A stretch of 64,000 bases of DNA from an uncultured Thermoanaerobaculia bacterium (GTDB lineage Bacteria; Acidobacteriota; Thermoanaerobaculia; Multivoradales; JAGPDF01): contig CAYYIK010000007.1 in assembly GCA_964471955.1 (NCBI GenBank), positions 2,729 through 66,728 on the forward strand, given 5' to 3'. The stretch's first letter is position 1. The number at the start of each line of letters is the position of its first letter. Below the pieces are notes generated by a model. The model saw only the letters and a list, made by a program, of their open reading frames with translations. It made no database searches and was not told the DNA's origin. Both the position numbers and the translations under genes were made by a program. Shown here piece after piece: positions 1 to 7,590 of this stretch.

Positions 1-24
1 CCGTCGGGGCCACTCGGGGAAGGA

Positions 25-60
25 AATTACCTCTGACTGAATTTTCGGGGGAGGGGCGGG
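25..60. repeat. Copy 1 of 36-bp AT-rich intergenic motif (AATTACCTCTGACTGAATTT-N-CGGGG-N-AGGGGCGGG)
   Basis: 20/20-nt exact match (AATTACCTCTGACTGAATTT) plus conserved CGGGG...AGGGGCGGG tail shared with 3291-3327; low-GC island in a ~70% GC background; lies 20-55 bp upstream of the ATG at 80. Confidence 0.55.
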
Positions 61-79
61 ATCCGGGTAACATCGGCGC

Positions 80-874
80 ATGTCCCCGGTGCCGCTCTCT
101 CCGGAGGCTTCCCGCCCGCGTCGCGATCGGACGGCGTGGCGCTGGCCGCTGGTGACGATCCTCCTCGCCGGCCTGTTCGCCGCTGCCTATTTCGTGACGC
201 TGGAGCGCTTCGTCGCCGCGGGCCGTGGCCTGGCGGCCGCTCCGGGGGCGGCAGTCGCCGGCCTCGAGCGGCTCTCGCGCGGCCTGCTGCGCGGTGAGGT
301 GACTCTGCGCTTCCTCTCCTCGGTCCCGGAGGTAGCCGGCTCGCCCGCCGGCCGTCTCGAACTGGCCACCGCCGAGGTCATCGAAACGATCACGCGCACC
401 GACGAGCGCAGCGCCCTCTGGGACCTCGTCCCGCTGGGCACGACGACGGTCGAGATCCGCGTGCCGGTCGTCTATCGCTACCACGTGCCGATGGACGGCG
501 ACTGGCGCGTGACGGTCAGCGGAGACCGCGCCGAGGTCGTCGCGCCGCGCCTCCGGCCCTCCCTGCCGCCGGCACTGCGTACCGACCGGATGGAGCGCCG
601 GGTCGAGAGCGGCTGGCTGCGTTTCGACGGGGCGGTCCGCCTCGCCGAGCTGGAGCGCCAGCTCGTCCCGCTGGTGGTGGCGCGGGCAGGTGATCCCCGC
701 CACCTCGCTCTGGCCCGCGAGAGCGCCCGCCGCTCCCTCGCCGGCTTCGCCCGCGGCTGGCTCCTGGCCGAAGGCGAGGCAGCCGGGGACATTCGCACCC
801 TGATCGTCCGCTTCGCCGACGAAGGGCCGGATACGGGGGCTCACTCTCCCGCTTTCCGCGTCGGCCGGGACTGA
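80..874 (+). CDS. hypothetical protein with one predicted N-terminal transmembrane segment
   Basis: ATG-initiated 264-aa ORF; hydrophobic stretch LVTILLAGLFAAAYFV; ends 7 bp before the patatin gene; no family motif recognised. Confidence 0.4.
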   Translation: MSPVPLSPEASRPRRDRTAWRWPLVTILLAGLFAAAYFVTLERFVAAGRGLAAAPGAAVAGLERLSRGLLRGEVTLRFLSSVPEVAGSPAGRLELATAEVIETITRTDERSALWDLVPLGTTTVEIRVPVVYRYHVPMDGDWRVTVSGDRAEVVAPRLRPSLPPALRTDRMERRVESGWLRFDGAVRLAELERQLVPLVVARAGDPRHLALARESARRSLAGFARGWLLAEGEAAGDIRTLIVRFADEGPDTGAHSPAFRVGRD

Positions 875-880
875 CTCCGA

Positions 881-2077
881 GTGGATCCCGACGCCAGCGC
901 CGCAGCCGCTCCGGTCGACCGCCTGGCCCTCGTGCTCTCGGGCGGCGGCGCCCGCGCCGCTTACCAGGCCGGCGTGCTCGCCGGGCTCGCGAAGCTTCAC
1001 CCCGACCTCGCCCCGGCGATCTACACCGGCGTGTCGGCCGGGGCGATCAACGCGACCTTCCTCGCCGCGCACCCCGGCAGCTTCGTCGAGGCGACCGGGG
1101 ATCTGGTCGGACTCTGGCGCGCGCTGTCGATCGAGCGGGTGCTGCGCACCGACGTCGGGACGATTGCCGCCTCGTTCGCCCGCTGGGGCGGGCGACTGGT
1201 CTCGGGAGGACGCGGACGCGTCTCGCGCAAGGCGCGCGCGCTGGTGGATGGCTCGCCGCTGCGCGAATTCCTCGCCAGTCACCTCCAGGGCAGCGACGGC
1301 GCCATCACCGGCATCTCCCGCAATCTCGACGCCGGGCGGCTGCACGCGGTCGCCATTTCGACCCTGCACTACGGCTCCGGCGACACGTTCAACTGGCTGC
1401 AGGCCCGCGACGTCGAGCCCTGGTTGCGCCCGGGGCGACGGATCGTCCCCGCCCGCCTGGCGGTGGCGCACGTGCTCGCTTCGGCGGCGCTGCCGATCGT
1501 CTTCCCGGCCGTCCGTCTGCACGGGGGATGGCACGGCGACGGCGGCGTGCGGCTGACCGCCCCCTTTTCGCCCGCGATCCACCTCGGCGCGACGCGCATC
1601 CTGGCGGTGTCGACGCGGCGACAGCGCAGCGGTGAGGAGAGCGACCCGCGACGCCAGCGGCGCTACCCGTCGCCGGCGCAGATCGGCGGCCACCTGCTCG
1701 ACGCGGCATTCCTCGACCTGTTCGACGAAGATGCGCGCAGGCTCGAGAAAGTGAACCAGATCTGCCGCGCCCTGCCCGGCGCGAGCGACCTCGGCTTCCG
1801 GGTGATCGACACGCTGGTCGTCCGCCCGTCGCGCGACCTGCGACCGCTCGCGGCGCGCTTCGAGTCGCGGCTGCCGCGGGCGCTGCGCTTTGCCGGACGC
1901 GGACTCGGTGCCGGTGAAGGCGGAGCCGGCTCGATGCTCTCGCTCCTCCTGTTCATTCCGGAGTTTCTCGAATCGCTGATCGAACTCGGTCAGTTGGACG
2001 CCGCGCGCTATGGCGCCGGCGGCCTGCCCGCTCCGCCCGAGGAGTGCCGCAGCTCCCGAATCCCTTCCCCGGGTTGA
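881..2077 (+). CDS. patatin-like phospholipase
   Basis: GTG start; oxyanion motif LSGGGARAAYQAG, nucleophile elbow G-V-S-A-G (GxSxG), DGG catalytic Asp motif (HGDGGV). Confidence 0.8.
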   Translation: MDPDASAAAAPVDRLALVLSGGGARAAYQAGVLAGLAKLHPDLAPAIYTGVSAGAINATFLAAHPGSFVEATGDLVGLWRALSIERVLRTDVGTIAASFARWGGRLVSGGRGRVSRKARALVDGSPLREFLASHLQGSDGAITGISRNLDAGRLHAVAISTLHYGSGDTFNWLQARDVEPWLRPGRRIVPARLAVAHVLASAALPIVFPAVRLHGGWHGDGGVRLTAPFSPAIHLGATRILAVSTRRQRSGEESDPRRQRRYPSPAQIGGHLLDAAFLDLFDEDARRLEKVNQICRALPGASDLGFRVIDTLVVRPSRDLRPLAARFESRLPRALRFAGRGLGAGEGGAGSMLSLLLFIPEFLESLIELGQLDAARYGAGGLPAPPEECRSSRIPSPG

Positions 2078-2102
2078 CCTCCTCCCCGCCGGCGGGAGAT
2101 GA

Positions 2103-2120
2103 TTTGAACCGTGGTTCAAA
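2103..2120. promoter_or_regulatory. perfect palindrome TTTGAACC-GT-GGTTCAAA overlapping the TetR start codon; candidate TetR autoregulatory operator
   Basis: 8-bp inverted arms with 2-nt spacer, seen directly in sequence; TetR operators are typically short palindromes of this kind at their own promoter. Confidence 0.45.
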
Positions 2121-2743
2121 CAGCGTCTCCCCTACGCGCGGAGGCCTCCGGCCCCGCCGCCGACCGGCGGCGGCGCGCGATCCTCGCCGCCGCGTCGCGC
2201 CTCTTCCGCGAGCGCGGCCTGCATGCGACCGGTATGCGCGAGATCGCCGCCGAGCTCGGGATGACGGCCGGAAACCTCTACTACTACTTTCCGTCCAAGC
2301 AGGATCTGCTCGCCTACTGCCAGGAGGCGACGCTCGACGAGCTGCAGGCGCTCGCCGTAGAGGTCGCAGCGAGCCGGGACGCCGCCGGCGAGCAGCTCGC
2401 CCGGCTGCTGCGTGGGCACGTCCGGATCCTCAACGAGTCGACGCCGGGCTCGCTCGCCCACCTCGAGCAGAACGAGGTCCCGGAGGCGCGGCGCGCCTCC
2501 CTGCTCGCCCGGCGCAAGCGATACGAAGAGGTCTTCCGGCGGCTGATCGAGGCGGGGATCCGCACGGGCGAGTTCCGGCCCGTCGATCCCGGCCTCGTCG
2601 CGCTGGCGATGCTGGGAGCGGTCAACTGGACCGTCCGCTGGTTTCAGGCCGAAGGCCGCAAGAGCGCCGACGAGGTGGGGCGGGAGTTCGCCGACCTGCT
2701 GGTCGCCGGCCTGAGGAACCTTCCGACGAGGAGCGACGCGTGA
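2111..2743 (+). CDS. TetR/AcrR family transcriptional regulator
   Basis: N-terminal HTH LFRERGLHATGMREIAAELGMTAGNLYYYFPSKQDLL typical of TetR; stop overlaps the next gene start (GTGA). Confidence 0.85.
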   Translation: MVQTASPLRAEASGPAADRRRRAILAAASRLFRERGLHATGMREIAAELGMTAGNLYYYFPSKQDLLAYCQEATLDELQALAVEVAASRDAAGEQLARLLRGHVRILNESTPGSLAHLEQNEVPEARRASLLARRKRYEEVFRRLIEAGIRTGEFRPVDPGLVALAMLGAVNWTVRWFQAEGRKSADEVGREFADLLVAGLRNLPTRSDA

Positions 2744-3282
2744 GCGCAGACTGCGAGATGGTGGTGCGCCGGCTGAAGGTCAACGGCGAGGAGCGGACGG
2801 TCGCCTTCCCCGTCCATCACACGCTGCTCGAGGTGCTGCGCGAAGAGCTCGGTCTGCCCGGCACCAAGCACGGCTGCGAACTCGGCGAGTGCGGCACCTG
2901 CACGGTACTGGTCGACGGGGCCCCGATCCTCTCCTGCCTCGCCCTGGCCGACGAGATGGAGGGTCGGGAGATCGAGACGGTCGAAGGGTTGGCGCGGGGC
3001 GGCGAGCTGCATCCGCTGCAGCGCACCTTCGCGGACCTCGGCGCCGCGCAGTGCGGCTACTGCACGCCGGGGATCCTGATGACCGCCAGGGCGCTGCTCG
3101 CCGAGAACGCCACACCGACGCGCCCGGAGATCCGCACGGCCCTGGCCGGCAACCTCTGCCGCTGTACGGGCTACCAGAAGATCCTCGAAGCGGTCGAAGG
3201 CGCTGCGGCGCTCGAGCGCGGAGAACCCTGGGAGCCGACCTCCGAGGCACTGCGCGGCTCCCCCGAGCCGGGGGAACAGTGA
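2740..3282 (+). CDS. (2Fe-2S)-binding small subunit of a xanthine dehydrogenase/CO dehydrogenase family molybdenum hydroxylase (CoxS-like)
   Basis: Two Fe-S motifs CELGECGTCTV and CGYCTPG...CRCTGY; GTG at 2740 (alternative ATG at 2758); the longer frame from 2044 is a GC-driven extension overlapping TetR. Confidence 0.9.
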   Translation: MSADCEMVVRRLKVNGEERTVAFPVHHTLLEVLREELGLPGTKHGCELGECGTCTVLVDGAPILSCLALADEMEGREIETVEGLARGGELHPLQRTFADLGAAQCGYCTPGILMTARALLAENATPTRPEIRTALAGNLCRCTGYQKILEAVEGAAALERGEPWEPTSEALRGSPEPGEQ

Positions 3283-3290
3283 CAATTTTA

Positions 3291-3327
3291 ATTACCTCTG
3301 ACTGAATTTACGGGGTCAGGGGCGGGC
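3291..3327. repeat. Copy 2 of 36-bp AT-rich intergenic motif
   Basis: AATTACCTCTGACTGAATTT identical to 25-44, followed by ACGGGGTCAGGGGCGGG (1-nt indel relative to copy 1); sits directly after the coxS-like stop. Confidence 0.55.
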
Positions 3328-3528
3328 GCCGAGGAGGCGGGCGGGCAGGAAGAGGACGGCTTTGAGCAGGGCGAAGACCCCTTCGACGGCGACGCCGAGC
3401 AGGCGGAAGGGGAGCAGCAGCAGCCAGACGATCGGGTAGAGGACGAGCGCCAGCAGGGCGAGCGGCCAGCAGAGGACGAAGAGCAGGAGCCAGAGCAGAA
3501 ACGTGAACATGTGCACCCCCTCCACCAC
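3316..3528 (-). CDS. possible small (70 aa) highly hydrophobic membrane protein encoded antisense in the coxS-coxL spacer
   Basis: ATG start; two predicted TM helices (FTFLLWLLLFVLCWPLALLALVLYPIVWLLLLPF); GC3-rich codon usage consistent with host; occupies an otherwise unexplained 305-bp gap. Confidence 0.3.
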   Translation of the reverse strand: MVEGVHMFTFLLWLLLFVLCWPLALLALVLYPIVWLLLLPFRLLGVAVEGVFALLKAVLFLPARLLGARP

Positions 3529-3587
3529 CTTCTACGCAGCCGCCTCCGCCGGGTTCCAGCCGGCGGGCGGGCGGCGGGAGACCGGCC

Positions 3588-6155
3588 GTGGCTGATCCCG
3601 ATCGCGACGTCCCCGCAGCCGCGCCGAACGCGCGTCCGCTGCGCGTCGTCGGCACCCCCTTCCGCCGGGTCGACGGCTTCGCCAAGGTGACCGGACAGAC
3701 CCGCTACGCCGACGACCTGGACTTTCCGCGCACGGCGCACGTCAAGCTCGTGCGTTCGACGATCCCCCACGGGCGCATCCGCTCCATCGACCTCGAGGAG
3801 GCCGCGAGGCTCCCCGGCGTCCTCGGTTTTCTCACCGGACGCGACCTGCCGACCACCTTCGGCATCCTGCCGGTGTCACAGGACGAGCACCCGCTGGCGC
3901 TCGACCGGGTACGCCACGTCGGCGACCCGGTGGTCGCCGTCGCCGCGACGAGCGAGGACGCCGCCCACGCGGCGGCGCTGGCGGTGAAGGTCGACTACGA
4001 GCCGCTGCCGACCATCGCCACGGTCGAAGAGGCGATCGCGACGCCCGAGCCGCAGCTGCACGAGTACGCCGACCAGGGGAATCTGCACAAGGTCGTGTCG
4101 ATGGAGTTCGGCGACGTCGAGGCCGGCTTCGCCGCCGCCGATCGGGTTTTCGAGGACGTCTTCTTCTACGACGGAAACACCCATCTGCCGCTCGAGCAGC
4201 ACGCCACGGTGGCGCTGCCCGAGGGGGACGACCGGATCACCGTCTGGTCGTCGACCCAGACGCCGCACTACCTGCATCGCGCCCTGACCCGCGTGCTCGG
4301 CCTGCCGGCGTCGCGCATCCGCGTCGTCGCGACCCCCAACGGCGGCGGCTTCGGCGGCAAGAGCGACCCGTTCGGCCACGAGATCGTCTGCGCCGCGATG
4401 GCGCGCAAGCTCGGCCGTCCGGCGCGCATCGCGCTCACCCGCGAGGAGGTCTTCTACTGCCATCGCGGCCGCCACCCGGTGCTGATGCGCCTCAGGACGG
4501 GCGTCTCGAAGGACGGGGCGCTCACCGCGCAGACCCTGCAGACGACCCTCGACGGCGGCGCCTACGGCAGCTACGGCGTCGCGTCGACCTACTACACCGG
4601 GGCGCTCGAGACGGTCACCTACCGGCTGCCGAACTACAAGTTCGAGTCGATCCGCGCCTTCACCAACAAGCCGGCCTGCGGCCCCAAGCGCGGCCACGGC
4701 ACCCCCCAGCCACGCTTCGGCTTCGAGGTGCAGCTCGACAAGATCGCCGTGGCGACCGGGCGCAATCCGGCCGACCTGCGGCTCGCCGTCGTCGAGCAAC
4801 CGGAGACCATCACCGCCAACTGGCTCAAGCTCGGCACCATCGAGCTGGCGCGCTGCATCGAGGCGGTGGTCGCCGGGTCGGGCTACCGCGAGCGCTGGGG
4901 CAGGCTGCCGCGCGGGCGCGGCCTCGGACTCGCCTGCGGCTCCTATCTTTGCGGCGCCGGCCTGCCGATCTACTGGAACCACATGCCGCAGTCGGGCGTG
5001 GCGATCCACGTCGACCGCGGCGGCGGCGTCGCGGTCTTCTGCGGCGAGACCGAGATCGGCCAGGGGTCGGACTCGGTGCTCGCCGCAGTGGTGGCCGAAG
5101 TCCTGGGCGTCGAGATCGCCGACCTGCGGCTCCAGGTCGCCGACACCGCCTTCACCCCGGTCGACCTCGGCAGCTACTCTTCGCGCGTCACCCTGATGAT
5201 GGGGCAGGCGGCGCGCGACGCTGCGGAGAAGGTGCGCGCCACGATCGCCGAGGCGGTCGCGCGGCAGCTCGAGGTCGCCCCCGACCGGCTCGTCTTCGCC
5301 GACCGCCGCGTCTTCGACGCCGCCGATCCCGGGCGCGGCCTCACCTGGGAGGAGGCGGTGATCGCCGCCGAGGCCCGCTTCGGAACGATCGCCACGGCCG
5401 GCAGCTACACCCCTCCCCGCTCGCCCGGCAAGTACCGCGGCGCCGGCGTCGGCCCCTCCCCCACCTACTCCTACTCCGCCGCCGTCGTCGAGGTCGAGGT
5501 CGACGAGCACACCGGCATCTGGCGCCCGCTGCACGTCTGGGTGGCGCACGACATCGGCCGCGCCCTCAACCCGGCACTGGTCATGGGTCAGGTCGAGGGG
5601 GGCGTCTACATGGGTCTCGGCGAAGCGATGATGGAGGAGTCTGCCTTCCGCCGCCTGCCCAGGGCGCGCTCGCAGGCGCTGGTGCACAAGTTCCCCAGCC
5701 TCCTCGAGTACAAGAGCCTGACCTTCGAGGAGATGCCGCCGGTGACCACCTACCTGATCGAAGAGCCCGATCCGGCCGGCCCCTTCGGCGCCAAGGAGGT
5801 CGGCCAGGGGCCGCTGCTCCCCCTGCCGCCCGCCTGCGCCAACGCCATCTTCGACGCCGTCGGCGTGCGCGTCGACCAGGTGCCGATCCACCCGCACATG
5901 GTGCTCAAGGCGCTCGAAGCGAAGGCGAAGGGGAGCGAGCCCCGCTACGGCCCGGCGACCTTCCCCGAGGTCGACTTCGGCTTCACCCTGCAGGTGCCGA
6001 CTCCCTGGGAGGGGGGCGACGGCAGGGCGTCGAACGAAGAGGAGTTCAAAGCGGCCACCGGGCGCAAGTCCCGCGCCGGGACGATGACCGAGCGCAGCGA
6101 AGCGCTGCGCTCGGGAAGCGTCGCAGCCCTGACGACGAAGCTGAAGGAATCGTGA
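3588..6155 (+). CDS. molybdopterin-binding large subunit of xanthine dehydrogenase family enzyme (CoxL-like, form-II-type)
   Basis: 855 aa; N-terminal RVDGFAKVTGQTRYADD aldehyde oxidase/xanthine dehydrogenase a/b hammerhead motif; GKYRGAGVG (5433-5447) resembles the form II AYRGAGR signature rather than form I AYXCSFR. Confidence 0.9.
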   Translation: MADPDRDVPAAAPNARPLRVVGTPFRRVDGFAKVTGQTRYADDLDFPRTAHVKLVRSTIPHGRIRSIDLEEAARLPGVLGFLTGRDLPTTFGILPVSQDEHPLALDRVRHVGDPVVAVAATSEDAAHAAALAVKVDYEPLPTIATVEEAIATPEPQLHEYADQGNLHKVVSMEFGDVEAGFAAADRVFEDVFFYDGNTHLPLEQHATVALPEGDDRITVWSSTQTPHYLHRALTRVLGLPASRIRVVATPNGGGFGGKSDPFGHEIVCAAMARKLGRPARIALTREEVFYCHRGRHPVLMRLRTGVSKDGALTAQTLQTTLDGGAYGSYGVASTYYTGALETVTYRLPNYKFESIRAFTNKPACGPKRGHGTPQPRFGFEVQLDKIAVATGRNPADLRLAVVEQPETITANWLKLGTIELARCIEAVVAGSGYRERWGRLPRGRGLGLACGSYLCGAGLPIYWNHMPQSGVAIHVDRGGGVAVFCGETEIGQGSDSVLAAVVAEVLGVEIADLRLQVADTAFTPVDLGSYSSRVTLMMGQAARDAAEKVRATIAEAVARQLEVAPDRLVFADRRVFDAADPGRGLTWEEAVIAAEARFGTIATAGSYTPPRSPGKYRGAGVGPSPTYSYSAAVVEVEVDEHTGIWRPLHVWVAHDIGRALNPALVMGQVEGGVYMGLGEAMMEESAFRRLPRARSQALVHKFPSLLEYKSLTFEEMPPVTTYLIEEPDPAGPFGAKEVGQGPLLPLPPACANAIFDAVGVRVDQVPIHPHMVLKALEAKAKGSEPRYGPATFPEVDFGFTLQVPTPWEGGDGRASNEEEFKAATGRKSRAGTMTERSEALRSGSVAALTTKLKES

Positions 6156-6560
6156 AGAGATCGTGAAGAGGAAAGAAGCAAAGGCCTTTTTGTTCAAGAC
6201 AAAGGCAAAGGCAGAAGCTTCCATAGAAGGGAAAAGAGGGGACTGGGGCGTGGGCTGGGCGGGTGAGTCGATTGCGGCGGGCCAGAAGCCGGGTGAAGCC
6301 TGGATTCCTTTCTCCGATGCCGAGGGCGAGGGGGCCGGGAAAGTTTCCCGGCAGGGAAGCTCGAAGGCCCCATCACCTGAGCGGTGGGCCGGCACTCCCG
6401 GTTCAGATCGGGGCCTGAGCGCAGGAGCGCACCCGCCGTCGTTGCCGGCACTCGTGCGCGCCGGTTCCCGGCCGGGGAACTTTCCCGGCCCCCTCGCTTC
6501 CACCTCCCGCTGAACGAGGACGAACATGTCCAGAACCAGGAAGTCCGAGAGGAAGCACCG

Positions 6561-7571
6561 ATGCTGAGAATGCCGGGGTTCCGGCTGCTGCGCCCCGAGA
6601 GTCTGGCGGAGGCGGCGGCCATGCTGGCGGGCGAGGGCGAGGGGGCGCGGCTGGTCGCCGGCGGGACCGACCTCTTCCCCAACCTCAAGCGCCGCCACCA
6701 GAAGGCGACGGCCGTCATCTCGCTCGCCCGCGCCGCGCGACGCGATCCGGCCCTCGCCGCGGTGTCGGTCGGGCCCGGTCCCGTCGGCGACTTGCGGCTC
6801 GGTCCGATGGCCCGCCTGTCGGCCATCGAGCGCGATCCGCGCGTGCGGGCCGGCTGGCCGGCGCTCGCCCGGGCGGTGGCGTCGATCTCCTCGCCGGTGC
6901 TGCGCAACATGGGGACGATCGGCGGCAACGTCTGCCTCGACACCCGCTGCACCTACTACAACCAGAACGAGGAGTGGCGGCGGTCGATCTCCTACTGCAT
7001 GAAGGCCGAGGGGAAGGTCTGCTGGGTCGCGCCCTCGTCGCCGCGCTGCTGGGCGGTGCAGAGCGCCGACTCGGTGCCGATGCTCATCGCGCTCGGTGCC
7101 CGCGTCCGTCTTCTCTCGGCCGCCGGCGAGCGCGAAGTGCCACTCGAGGCGCTCTACCGCGACGACGGGATGGACTACCTGACCCTGAGCCCCGGCGAGA
7201 TCGTCACCGGCATCGCGGTCCCCGCCGCATCCGCGGCCTCCCGGCTGCGCACCGCCTTCTTCAAGCTGCGCCGCCGCGGCTCGATCGACTTCGGCGTCCT
7301 GTCGGTCGCCGTCGCGCTGCGGCTCGAGGCGGATGTCGTCGCCGATGCGAAGATCGTCCTCGGCTCGATCGCGTCGTTCCCCTCCCCCGCCGCTGACGCC
7401 GCCGCCGAGCTCGTCGGCAAGCCGCTCACCGAGGAGACGATCCGCGCCGCCGCCGCGAAAACACGCACGGCCGCGACGCCGATGGACAACACCGACCTCG
7501 ACCCGCGCTGGCGCGGCCAGGTGACGCCGGTGTACGTCGAGCGCACCCTGCGCGAGGCGGCCGGTCTCTGA
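6561..7571 (+). CDS. FAD-binding medium subunit of molybdenum hydroxylase (CoxM-like)
   Basis: ATG at 6561 preceded by GAGAGGAAG; LVAGGTDLFPNLKRR FAD-binding motif of CO dehydrogenase flavoprotein family; the upstream part of the 6384 frame is a GC-rich extension. Confidence 0.85.
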   Translation: MLRMPGFRLLRPESLAEAAAMLAGEGEGARLVAGGTDLFPNLKRRHQKATAVISLARAARRDPALAAVSVGPGPVGDLRLGPMARLSAIERDPRVRAGWPALARAVASISSPVLRNMGTIGGNVCLDTRCTYYNQNEEWRRSISYCMKAEGKVCWVAPSSPRCWAVQSADSVPMLIALGARVRLLSAAGEREVPLEALYRDDGMDYLTLSPGEIVTGIAVPAASAASRLRTAFFKLRRRGSIDFGVLSVAVALRLEADVVADAKIVLGSIASFPSPAADAAAELVGKPLTEETIRAAAAKTRTAATPMDNTDLDPRWRGQVTPVYVERTLREAAGL

Positions 7572-7590
7572 CCGGCCGCGCCGCGCGGCC

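Noticed and set aside
2044-2739. Long N-terminal extensions of real genes in the ORF track: 2044 for coxS, 6384 for coxM, 11885 for M1, 16890 for S9, 34200-36146 for GT4, 36970 for the third plus-strand GT4, 39633 for WbaP, 40496 for sulfatase, 46329-47843 for S1, 7591-9315 for FG-GAP, 26367-27734 for fabF.
   Set aside because: The extensions overlap the upstream gene. They are R/P/A-rich and lack homology. Starts were re-placed at the codon giving a signal peptide, RBS, 4-nt overlap or family-typical N-terminus.
6163-6513. 116-aa ORF in the coxL-coxM spacer with a lysine-rich N-terminus.
   Set aside because: After the first 30 residues the frame is generic GC-rich translation (GEGAGKVSRQGSSKAPSPERWAGTPGSDRG). 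There is no RBS and no motif. The region is better explained as structured RNA or spacer.
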